Source: Candidatus Krumholzibacteriota bacterium (GTDB taxonomy: Bacteria; Krumholzibacteriota; Krumholzibacteriia; Krumholzibacteriales; Krumholzibacteriaceae). Taken from it: a stretch of 61,280 nucleotides of DNA. Each line of letters begins with the position of its first letter. The first letter of the stretch is position 1. The stretch lies in assembly GCA_030667985.1 (NCBI GenBank), contig DAOUUU010000003.1, positions 1-61,280 on the forward strand, written 5' to 3'. Under the pieces are notes generated by a model that was given only the letters and a program-made list of their open reading frames with translations, was not told the origin of the DNA and searched no databases. Of this stretch, positions 37,301-45,203 are shown piece by piece. Both the position numbers and the translations under genes were made by a program.

Positions 37301-39226
37301 CCGCTCCGCGGCCGTCCCGTAAATGAACAGCGTGATGATGATGACCAGAAAAAATGAGGAAAAAACAATCGATATGATGTCCTCCTTCTTCACGAACGGG
37401 AACACCCGTATCGAGAGGATCAGCATTCCCGCTGCGCCGAGCGCCACGAGAGGGTCGAAACCATTCGCGAGGGCGGTTCCCAGCAGGGCGAGCGCGGCTG
37501 CACTCCACCCCTCGAGCAACCCGGCCTCCCTCCATACCAGCACGAGCCTGGCCAGAAAGAGTACTGCGATGAAGATGGATGAAACGACGAACAGCATCGA
37601 GAGGTGAAGGATGAGGACCTGAGGATCTACAAAACTCACATCGAGTCCAATGAGCCTGGGGTTGGAATTGAGGACGATGCGCGAGACGACACGGCGGACG
37701 ACGAGCAGGGAGCCGTGCATGAGCAGGAACATGGTGGCGGCCTTGATCAGAATCATCGTCGCGCGCCGGCTTTTTCCTTTAAGCACCCGCTCGATCACGC
37801 CGGGATAGTAGGTCCTGAATATCTTGATCGAGCCGAAGACGAATACCAGGGCAAATAGCGAAGTGATCAGGAGATCCCCCGCCGTTCTTGCCAACCCTGC
37901 TGGAACGTCGTCGGCGAAAATGGCCGGATCGAATAGAGAGGAGCCGAAAAACCCCCTGGGGAGATCGAGTTCCAGCAGTATATATCTCATCAACAAGATG
38001 AAAGCCGTGAAAGCGGTGATTCGGAGCAACATCTTCCACAACATGGGCCGTTCGGATCCGAATTTCCGGCAACAGAACCGGTATCCCCAGGCCCCGATTA
38101 GCAGCACCGCGCCGGCCAGGAAGACTCCGGCCAGGAAGATACGGCGATTCGAACCCTCCTTTCGATCCGCGGTGAATTCGCGGCCGCTTATCACAACCCT
38201 GGCCAACGGCTGGCCCGATCTCGTTTTGATATACCCGTATACCTTAACCGCTCCTCCCTGCCCCATGATGACCTGCGGTTCTTCCTGCTCCAGGGCTTCA
38301 TCCCTCCACCGGATAGAACCCCTGTGCTCCCCCATCGAAAAGTTGAAGTTCAACTCTGCGCCATAGCGCTTTCCCAGAAGCTCTCCAAGCGTTGTGCTGC
38401 GCAGGTATCTGTTGTGGATCCTGTAATTGACTTCCAGCGGGATATCGACGACGACCCATCCATCTTTGCCGAGTGACGTGGAACTGACCAGAAGCATAAA
38501 GAGAGAGGTGCGGCTCGTGAAGACCTTCGTCTCGCCGACTGCGACCCTCGCGCTCTCGCGGAAGAGCGGCCGGCCTCCCCATGCCACGAGATCGCCCCTG
38601 CCCGAGTATAGCTGTATGCCGATACCCTCAATGGGCAATGTTCCGCGTTCTACCGTGCCGGCGAGGGAATCGAGCGAATAAAAGAGCCGGGATGACTCCG
38701 TTCCCCGGTTCTTCCACCCCGGCCGCGAAGAGACGAGTTCGGCCGTCTTCTCCCCGAGCTCGATCGACAGCGACTCGAGCTTGAGAACATCCTCCGCCGA
38801 CTGCTCATAAACCCTGGTAAGCTTCTCGGCCTGGCCCCTGCGCCACTCATCTTCGGTCGGCGCCTGAGGCGTGTAAAACAGTATAGCGGTAAGAAGCAGA
38901 ATGAGCGGGACTAGCGGCACCGGCGATATGGTCTTCACGGGCGGACGGAGCCCCTCCCTTCCTTCCCCCTCGCAACCCATGATCTGCTCGAAGGTCCTCG
39001 GGTACCACCCGGTGCGGATCGCACGCATTCCGTTTCCCATCCTGCCGGGCAGAGGAATAAACATGAAGAGGAGAAACCCCGCTGTGAGAAGGAGAAACAT
39101 CAACCAGATCGGCCTCGGCAAAACCTCGAGTCCAATCGAGGGCAGGAAAATAAAAAAAATCAGCGATCCGGCAAGGTATAGCCATAGGACGCTGAAGAAG
39201 ATCTTTTTTTCGTTACCGTTCCGCAC
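34379..39226 (-). CDS. Giant (1615 aa) multi-TM sensor histidine kinase with NtrY-type HAMP-PAS-HisKA-HATPase core
   Basis: About a dozen predicted TM helices separate three large extracytoplasmic-looking regions. HAMP (IAELQAGTRRIIEGDLEFKL...), PAS (VATGVITTDGEGRIMTINPSGERIL), H-box AHEVKNPLTPIRLSAQL, NLIENALEA, DSGPGL, GTGLGLAI. Confidence 0.8.
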   Translation of the reverse strand: MRNGNEKKIFFSVLWLYLAGSLIFFIFLPSIGLEVLPRPIWLMFLLLTAGFLLFMFIPLPGRMGNGMRAIRTGWYPRTFEQIMGCEGEGREGLRPPVKTISPVPLVPLILLLTAILFYTPQAPTEDEWRRGQAEKLTRVYEQSAEDVLKLESLSIELGEKTAELVSSRPGWKNRGTESSRLFYSLDSLAGTVERGTLPIEGIGIQLYSGRGDLVAWGGRPLFRESARVAVGETKVFTSRTSLFMLLVSSTSLGKDGWVVVDIPLEVNYRIHNRYLRSTTLGELLGKRYGAELNFNFSMGEHRGSIRWRDEALEQEEPQVIMGQGGAVKVYGYIKTRSGQPLARVVISGREFTADRKEGSNRRIFLAGVFLAGAVLLIGAWGYRFCCRKFGSERPMLWKMLLRITAFTAFILLMRYILLELDLPRGFFGSSLFDPAIFADDVPAGLARTAGDLLITSLFALVFVFGSIKIFRTYYPGVIERVLKGKSRRATMILIKAATMFLLMHGSLLVVRRVVSRIVLNSNPRLIGLDVSFVDPQVLILHLSMLFVVSSIFIAVLFLARLVLVWREAGLLEGWSAAALALLGTALANGFDPLVALGAAGMLILSIRVFPFVKKEDIISIVFSSFFLVIIITLFIYGTAAERYAELRESRVLEKLNDFNSPEDNWLQVVLPDLCQDIAIDRLVASRVATRKESAAFEIWAESSLSRLNISCIFEVFDSAGKRISRFSVGTPYELEPFDEGESFESGVLVESIEQETKDGTIHYFRGVAAVLDVRGKLIGRVEITIPYFFENLELLSRSGPVAPEILHNIERGAVAPRIDEPENLLVARVEGSRIIDSSNPNLFPGTSVGEEPGRWFTVDLGEEAYRAIVDLGPDGRGFLVGFKKAGFFEDLLRWATIVSLDVILMVFMLFLTILINKVPLLGSVTPALRIRGELGFRRKVLLSFLIVSIVPVVILGAFSGEFIERRFRLEGEQEALKGARSAASLITHSILSEAESFSGSQYLQDILSGDTAARIRDVALYEKTQFALFDYSGALMLDESMSDFDSTEVERILQAAGSGRALVLYDFPHLYGGVTIPVNLDQRPDGYLFFRRRIDDEFINGVASVMGVNVNVFYRGKVRASSQRELFVGGFLDPLLDPLVFADVALLQSKVSVRSESLGDYSFQVASTPLHSLRGDEAAVLSIPMLYRPVLVRQEILKTTALIMGLLALLFAATVTIGIFLAGKIFNPIAELQAGTRRIIEGDLEFKLESAATDELGQLVDSFNTMTEALRVARRNLLERQRYLTVVLDSVATGVITTDGEGRIMTINPSGERILEIDKAEVEGKEARLLERLGLGPLCKLIEDVEEPVRERELTLFAGERRRTIKAVVTSLVEGKETLGTVIVFDDLTELIRSKKLAAWVEMARQIAHEVKNPLTPIRLSAQLMKRAREAKAEDFDEIFESGVETVIQQTEILRRIASEFSSFGKTGSLKSKRIELGPFLEEFIAAYRGAEKVEINLKLAAPVACLADPEALRKILVNLIENALEAMQNEGVILVRAATRGKEALINIVDSGPGLSLDAVERLFEPYFSTKTNGTGLGLAISQSLARDMEGEVIIRNRDEGRGAEAVLRLPLAQ

Positions 39227-39259
39227 GTCTTGTAGGCTCTCCTGGAGTGATCAGACTCG

Positions 39260-39754
39260 TCACCAGGTAGACTTTATCTCGGATACGACCCAACGCTCCC
39301 CCTCAAGCTTCAAAGTAACGTATACTTTGTCCTGAAAGAGCCTGCCGCTGCTCGTGCTTTCAAAGCTCCTGTAGGCGGTGCCGTAGACCTTCCGGGCCTT
39401 GCTCCCGCTGTTGTGGAATTTGACGAACTCGAACCGCTTGAGTTTTGTCGCCTTGAACATCCTCTTGAAAAGATAAAAGACCTGCGGTTTGCTGAAATAC
39501 CCCCCTTCCTCCCCGAGTCCCCTTACACTGAGATGCACGCGCTGCTCACCGACGAATCCCGACAGCGCCCCGGCATCCCCTCCCCGCCACGCAGCCTCGA
39601 TCCCTTTAAATACCGGGATCGTCTCCTTCGTCACCTCGGTGGTGGGGATCTTCATCCTCTCTTTTTTCACCTTCTGGAACGCGTGCGATGGAATCGCCGC
39701 GCCTATAAACAGGATCGCCAGAACGAATAATATCTGCAGCAGAGCTCGTGTCAT
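39260..39754 (-). CDS. Small secreted protein, NTF2/SnoaL-like (DUF4783-like?)
   Basis: Start set at the internal ATG, giving signal peptide MTRALLQILFVLAILFIGAAIPSHA. The C-terminal ...KVYVTLKLEGERWVVSEIKS pattern is NTF2-like. Confidence 0.45.
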   Translation of the reverse strand: MTRALLQILFVLAILFIGAAIPSHAFQKVKKERMKIPTTEVTKETIPVFKGIEAAWRGGDAGALSGFVGEQRVHLSVRGLGEEGGYFSKPQVFYLFKRMFKATKLKRFEFVKFHNSGSKARKVYGTAYRSFESTSSGRLFQDKVYVTLKLEGERWVVSEIKSTW

Positions 39755-39866
39755 CGTCCCTTTCCATTCCCCCGAGCCTCGACAAGGCCCGGGCGCCCGA
39801 AGCGAGGGAGCATTAAAATCAGGGCATACGACTCCCCATGATCTCCTACGAGCAAAGGAATCAAAC

Positions 39867-39881
39867 GCAATTGATGTGCCA
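39867..39881 (-). promoter_or_regulatory. Sigma-54 (-24/-12) promoter for the 39754-26976 operon
   Basis: The minus strand reads TGGCAC-ATCAA-TTGC, an exact match to the core consensus TGGCAC-N5-TTGC. It lies about 110 nt upstream of the first ATG (39754). Confidence 0.6.
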
Positions 39882-39929
39882 GAATAGTGGCTTGATTTTA
39901 CTGCAGTTAGCATTGTACCAATAGAACCG

Positions 39930-39969
39930 GTGTCCACTTTTGGAGAATGGCGCCCAATAAAGTGGACAC
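39930..39969. repeat. Perfect 11-bp inverted repeat GTGTCCACTTT-N18-AAAGTGGACAC
   Basis: Arms at 39930-39940 and 39959-39969. It is centred about 75 bp upstream of the sigma-54 -24 box and 18 nt downstream of the DUF456 gene stop. Confidence 0.7.
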
Positions 39970-39986
39970 TTATGGGGCGGGCCGCA

Positions 39987-40502
39987 TCAGCCCCAGCTTC
40001 TGTAGATGAAGATTCCCAGCGTGATTAGGCCTAGCGCGAATTTGACGAACATCGCCCCCAGCTTTCCGACGAAGGCGAAGAATCCGGTCTGAAGAGCCCT
40101 GTCTATCGAGCGGTAATAGAGATATTCGAGGAGGACAGCTCCGGCAAACGCGCCCGCCAGCCCGAGGATGATGCTCCCTAGAAAGGGAAGGATCATACCG
40201 CCCCCGATAGCTCCCGCGAGTCCGCCGACAAAGGCCCCAAAAACTCCCCACCTGGTGGCCCCCTTCTGGGCCACATAGACAAGCCCCAGAAAAGACTCGA
40301 TGATCTCCCCGAGGACAGCGATCCCGAGCATGACGAGAATCAGTACGATGCCAACGTTGGAAAATCCCGTTACAGCGTCATATATGATAATCGCCGCAAG
40401 GGCGGCCCAACCGCCTGGGACTCCTAAAAAAATGGTGAGATAGAACAGAAAAAGAACGAGGCAGAAGACCACGAGCCCTATATGCTGGAGCACCTCGATC
40501 AC
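39987..40502 (-). CDS. Small integral membrane protein, DUF456-like
   Basis: 171 aa with 4-5 Gly/Ala-rich TM helices. The FLGVPGGW motif is recalled from DUF456. Confidence 0.5.
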   Translation of the reverse strand: MIEVLQHIGLVVFCLVLFLFYLTIFLGVPGGWAALAAIIIYDAVTGFSNVGIVLILVMLGIAVLGEIIESFLGLVYVAQKGATRWGVFGAFVGGLAGAIGGGMILPFLGSIILGLAGAFAGAVLLEYLYYRSIDRALQTGFFAFVGKLGAMFVKFALGLITLGIFIYRSWG

Positions 40503-40550
40503 TTGCGGCTCTCTTTCATCCCGCCTTGATCAGGATATGCCGCCGTGGGA

Positions 40551-41717
40551 TCACTTGGCTCTCTTGCGCGCTGCAAGCCTCGCTTGCCATTCGATGAGGA
40601 TCGGACTCGCCACATACATTGACGAATAGGTGCCGACCAGGATCCCGACCGTCAGGGCGAGGGCGAAATCACGGATCACCTCTCCACCCATAAAGAGAAG
40701 GAACAGGACGACGCCGAGGGTGGTCAGCGACGTGATTATCGTCCTGCTGAGAGACTCATTGATCGATATGTTGATCATGCGTTCATAGCTCTCTTTGCGC
40801 CGAAGGCTGAAATTCTCACGGATCCTGTCGAAGACGACGATTGTATCGTTGAGAGAATATCCGACGATCGTCAGCAGAGCGGCGACGATCGCGAGCGATA
40901 TCTCCCTGTTGAGAATCGAGAAGATCCCGACAGTGATCAAGACATCGTGTATAAGGGCGACGATCGCGCCGATCGCGAACTTGAACTCGAACCGCCAGGT
41001 GATGTAGATGAGGATACCGAAGATCGATATGACGATCGCGGCCCATGCGCGGTTCTTGAGCTCCTCGCCGATCTTCGGGCCGACCGTCTCTGTCCGCCTG
41101 ATCTCTATCACGTCCTCCGGGAACCCCTTGATCAGGCTGTCCCTGAGCCTCTCTGCCGCCTTCGCCTCGCCCCCCTGATATGGGAGGTTGACCGCGAGGC
41201 GCGTGCTCGTCTCGAGCGTCGACTTGACTATACCTACGCCCTCAGCCTTCACTTTTTCCTCGAGTTCGGCGAGCGGCGGAATAGTATCAGCCTCGATAAC
41301 AACGAGGTTGCCTCCCTCGAAACCGCTCGAGTAATCGGGGGGCATCTCCTTTACATCGACGATACGCCAGTTGCTGTCCGGCGAGATCCTTTCGAGCGCC
41401 TCCAGAAGCCTCGACGAGGCGATACCCGATTCCTCGATCTTCTCCACCCTTATCAGATATTCGTTCGGCTGACCGAAGGCCTGTATCTGCGCTCCTTCAT
41501 ACCCTGTTCCCGCGACTACTTCGCGAAGCTGCTTTATCGGAACCGGCTCCTCGAACCTGACCTGTACAAGCGTGCCCCCCTCGAAGTCGATGCTCAGGTC
41601 GGGGCCTCCCTTGATGGCCAGGGATACAAGGCCCGCCAGCATCAGCACGATCGAGATGACGAAGGCCGTTTTTCTCGTGCCTACGAAGTTGAGATGGGTC
41701 TCGCCGAAAAACTGCAT
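40551..41717 (-). CDS. secF: Protein translocase subunit SecF
   Basis: FVGTRKTAFVISIVL...SIDFEGGT N-terminus; C-terminal six-TM RND-like block with LNDTIVVFDRIRE. Confidence 0.9.
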   Translation of the reverse strand: MQFFGETHLNFVGTRKTAFVISIVLMLAGLVSLAIKGGPDLSIDFEGGTLVQVRFEEPVPIKQLREVVAGTGYEGAQIQAFGQPNEYLIRVEKIEESGIASSRLLEALERISPDSNWRIVDVKEMPPDYSSGFEGGNLVVIEADTIPPLAELEEKVKAEGVGIVKSTLETSTRLAVNLPYQGGEAKAAERLRDSLIKGFPEDVIEIRRTETVGPKIGEELKNRAWAAIVISIFGILIYITWRFEFKFAIGAIVALIHDVLITVGIFSILNREISLAIVAALLTIVGYSLNDTIVVFDRIRENFSLRRKESYERMINISINESLSRTIITSLTTLGVVLFLLFMGGEVIRDFALALTVGILVGTYSSMYVASPILIEWQARLAARKRAK

Positions 41718-41744
41718 ACTTTCTCCTCTACCTGTTCCTTGTAT

Positions 41745-43439
41745 CTATATGCTCAATGTCTTGACGCGTCCGCTCCCCGTCCAGAGGCCGAACAGAAGCC
41801 TGCTGAAGACCAGCGCGGTGAACATGCTGGCGAGGATGCCGAGGCTCAGTGTCGTTGCAAAGCCCTTGATCGGGCCGGTCCCGAACTGATAAAGCACGAC
41901 GGCCGTAATCAGCGTCGTGAGGTTGGCGTCCATAATCGTCGTAAATGCGCGTTCGTAACCGGAGTCTATGGCAGAACGGATCGTCTTCGCCTTTCGGAGC
42001 TCCTCGCGGATCCTCTCGAAGATCAGCACGTTGGCGTCGATCGCCATGCCGATAGTCAGGATGATGCCGGCTATGCCCGGCAGTGTGAGTGACGCTCCGA
42101 GATAGGCTAGCAGCCCGCCGAGTATTACAAGGTTGAAGAGCAGCGTGAGTGCCGCGATGCCCCCTGAGAGCTTGTAGTATACCAGCATGAACAGTATCAC
42201 GGCTATGAGGCCGAAGAGCGCTGCCCTGACTCCCGTACGAATCGAGTCGCTTCCCAGGCTCGGCCCGACCGTTCTTTCCTCGATTATGAACATGTCGGCG
42301 GGAAGCGCGCCCGCTCTAAGTACGATAGCCAGGTCGCGAGCCTCGACGTCGGTGAAGTTCCCCTCGATCACGCCCCGCCCGCTGGGTATCTTCGTCCTCA
42401 AGACCGGGTACGACCTGATCTTGCCGTCGAGCAGGATGGCCGTATAACGGCCCACATTCTCGCCGGTGAACTTTGCGAACTCGCGGCGTCCGCGGCGATT
42501 GAACTCAAAGGATACGAGCAGCTGACTGGGGGACTGTGGATTGGGCTCCGGGCCGGCGTTCACGAGGTTCGCCCCGGAAACCACCTGGTCGTTCGATACT
42601 AGAAAGAGGAACTTGCCCCTTCCGCCCTCGGGCAGCGGGACCCATTCATCGTCCCAGTAAAAATCGGAGTCCTTCGGTATCGCCCCGTTCTCTTTCGCCT
42701 TCGCGAGCATCCGCCTTACCCGGGGGATGTTATGCTCGTGCACTATGACCCAGTCCCTGTAGAAACTTATGAGCAGCGAGGTGAAGGGCTTGTCCTTGTC
42801 CAATGTCTGGAGCGGAACATCGATGCTCATGCTCTCGAGAGGTTGCAACAGGAGCGAGTCCGCAGCGACCGTCGAATCCGCCGCCATGAGTTGCGAAACT
42901 GTTGTGTCGGCAATCGCTTCCTCTTCGGAGACTTCGACCATCTCGTCATCGCCCGCCTTGAGCTCCCGATCGAGCTTCGCGAGCACCGCGGCCACCTCCT
43001 GCTGCTGCCGGATGAGACGCCACTCGAGCATGGCTGTCTGACCGATCAGCCTCTTCGCCCGGGCCGCGTCATGGAGCCCCGGCAGCTGGATCAGTATGCG
43101 CTTTTTGCCCTGCAACTGGATTGTCGGCTCGGCGACACCGAACTGGTCTACGCGGTTGACGATGATCTCCCTGGCGCGCTGTACAACGTCGGCCTTTTCG
43201 CTATCCTTCAGCTGGGAGTCGTCTACCTCGAGCACGAGATGCATCCCTCCGCTGAGATCGAGTCCCAGCTTTATGGATTTGCTTATCATTTTGTCGTATT
43301 TCTCCGGCTCTTCCAGTTCGAGTCGCTCTTTCTCCTCAGACGACATCACTATCCGCTGGATAGTCGGGTAGAGAAAATAAGCTGATCCGAAGATCACGAT
43401 CAGTACGATTATTCCTTTGACTCTCAGACTTCTATTCAC
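41745..43439 (-). CDS. secD: Protein translocase subunit SecD
   Basis: LGLDLSGGMHLVLEVD, TVGPSLG, DANVLIFERIREE; lies directly upstream of secF. Confidence 0.9.
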   Translation of the reverse strand: MNRSLRVKGIIVLIVIFGSAYFLYPTIQRIVMSSEEKERLELEEPEKYDKMISKSIKLGLDLSGGMHLVLEVDDSQLKDSEKADVVQRAREIIVNRVDQFGVAEPTIQLQGKKRILIQLPGLHDAARAKRLIGQTAMLEWRLIRQQQEVAAVLAKLDRELKAGDDEMVEVSEEEAIADTTVSQLMAADSTVAADSLLLQPLESMSIDVPLQTLDKDKPFTSLLISFYRDWVIVHEHNIPRVRRMLAKAKENGAIPKDSDFYWDDEWVPLPEGGRGKFLFLVSNDQVVSGANLVNAGPEPNPQSPSQLLVSFEFNRRGRREFAKFTGENVGRYTAILLDGKIRSYPVLRTKIPSGRGVIEGNFTDVEARDLAIVLRAGALPADMFIIEERTVGPSLGSDSIRTGVRAALFGLIAVILFMLVYYKLSGGIAALTLLFNLVILGGLLAYLGASLTLPGIAGIILTIGMAIDANVLIFERIREELRKAKTIRSAIDSGYERAFTTIMDANLTTLITAVVLYQFGTGPIKGFATTLSLGILASMFTALVFSRLLFGLWTGSGRVKTLSI

Positions 43440-43750
43440 GTTCCCTCACCTTGCGATAATGCTTTTCAAAGCGTTCAAGACTGTTGCTGGTAGTACCGGC
43501 GCGTAATTAAGCCGCTCCCCCATCCTGAGGACCCCTTCTCCCTTCTCGAGCTGGGGGAGTCTCGATTTATGTAGGAACTGTAAAGTATACGAATTAACCT
43601 ACTTGAGTCAAATGGAAAATATATCTCCGGAGCGGCGGGTACCGAGGCTGTGGCCGGCCCATGGTGCTCCCCCATGAAACAGAGATTGAATAATCGCGTA
43701 TTCTCCTGTGTAATAACTAGTAGAACCTTTCGACCCGAGGAGGAGATCAG

Positions 43751-43963
43751 ATGTCCCATCCGAAATACAAATGCCCCAAATGCGGCAACACCGACTACGA
43801 GGTCGGGGAAATCCGGGCCGCGGGCGGTTTTTTTACAAAAGTCTTCGATGTCCAGAGTAAGCGCTTCACGACTGTAAGTTGCACACGGTGCCGCTATACC
43901 GAAATATACAAAGCGGATAGCAGCATGCTCGGCAACATCTTCGATTTCTTCACGAACGGTTGA
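43751..43963 (+). CDS. Zinc-ribbon domain protein (CPKCG...CTRCRYTEIY family)
   Basis: KCPKCGNTDYEVGEIRAAGGFFTKVFDVQSKRFTTVSCTRCRYTEIY; RBS GAGGAGGAG upstream. Confidence 0.7.
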   Translation: MSHPKYKCPKCGNTDYEVGEIRAAGGFFTKVFDVQSKRFTTVSCTRCRYTEIYKADSSMLGNIFDFFTNG

Positions 43964-44048
43964 TAAACCGGGCAGGCTCTGGCCGGCCTTTTCCCGGCGA
44001 ACTACTATCCGGCTGCCCGATATGCCTCTCCAGAGGAAGTGATCCGGC

Positions 44049-44678
44049 ATGACGCCTGAAAAGAAAAAGGGTGGGGCCCCGAAACTCCGCTTCGGGCCCT
44101 TGACGATCGACCGCTGGGATGATTTTAATGAGTTATTCGGCCCCCGCGGCGCTTGCGGGGGGTGCTGGTGCATGTATTGGCGCCAGACCCATTCGGAATT
44201 TGAGCTAAATAAGGGCGACAATAACAAGCGGGCGATGAAGGCGCTCGTCAAATCCGGCGAGGTGCCGGGCATCATCGCATATGAGAGAGACGAGCCGGTC
44301 GCCTGGTGCTCGATCGCGCCGCGCGCACGCTTCTCCAGGCTCGGCCGGTCGCACATCCTCAAGCCGGTCGATGACAAACCGGTCTGGTCGGTCGTCTGCT
44401 TCTTCATCGCAAAACGAGCTCGCAAACGCGGGGTTTCCCTCGCCATCCTGAACGCCGCGGTCACCTACGCGTTCGAGCATGGCGCTTTAATAATAGAGGG
44501 ATACCCGGTCGAACCGAAGAGGGGAAAAACGGCCGATGTCTTCGCTTACACAGGGCTCGCTTCGGCCTTTACTAGGGCGGGGTTCGACGAGGTCGCCAGA
44601 CGCAGCGAAACCCGCCCCATCATGCGCCTCGTAGTCAAAAGCCAAAAAAATAATGGACCAGGAAAGGACATTCAATGA
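44049..44678 (+). CDS. GNAT-family N-acetyltransferase
   Basis: GACGGCWCMYWR N-terminal motif and an acetyl-CoA-binding-like RKRGVSLAILNAAV segment. Confidence 0.65.
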   Translation: MTPEKKKGGAPKLRFGPLTIDRWDDFNELFGPRGACGGCWCMYWRQTHSEFELNKGDNNKRAMKALVKSGEVPGIIAYERDEPVAWCSIAPRARFSRLGRSHILKPVDDKPVWSVVCFFIAKRARKRGVSLAILNAAVTYAFEHGALIIEGYPVEPKRGKTADVFAYTGLASAFTRAGFDEVARRSETRPIMRLVVKSQKNNGPGKDIQ

Positions 44679-45106
44679 TGAGCAGATCCGACGACGCGGC
44701 AAAGGTATTCGAAAATAATTTCAACTGCTGCCAATCGGTCTTCTCGGCCTTTGCGCCTGACCGCGGCCTTGACAGAGATACGGCGCTGAGAATCGCCGCC
44801 CCCTTCGGCGGAGGGATGGGGCGAATGGGAGAAGTCTGCGGAGCTGTCGCGGGAGCTTTCATGGCGATCGGGCTGAAATACGGAAATCCCGATTCGAACA
44901 AAGAAGCGAAGAATCGCTCCTACGAAGCGGTCCTCGCCTTCACCGAACGGTTCACCGCCATGCACGGCTCGATTCTCTGCCGGGAGCTGCTCGGCTGCGA
45001 TATCGGTACACCCGAGGGGATGGCCGAGGCGAAGGCGCGGGATCTTTTCTCAACGCTCTGCGCCGGCATCGTCCGCGACGCTGTAAAAATCGTTGAAACT
45101 CTGTAA
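44675..45106 (+). CDS. C_GCAxxG_C_C family protein
   Basis: NCCQSVF ... EVCGAVAGAFMAIG ... LCRELL ... LCAGIV Cys pattern. The start overlaps the GNAT stop (ATGA). Confidence 0.75.
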   Translation: MMSRSDDAAKVFENNFNCCQSVFSAFAPDRGLDRDTALRIAAPFGGGMGRMGEVCGAVAGAFMAIGLKYGNPDSNKEAKNRSYEAVLAFTERFTAMHGSILCRELLGCDIGTPEGMAEAKARDLFSTLCAGIVRDAVKIVETL

Positions 45107-45203
45107 CCTATCCGTCTTGCGCTCGTAACATTATATTAAAGAAAAGAGAATAAGGACGGATCAACCATATTTCACACAACCGTTAATCTCGCGAGGAGCA
45201 ATC

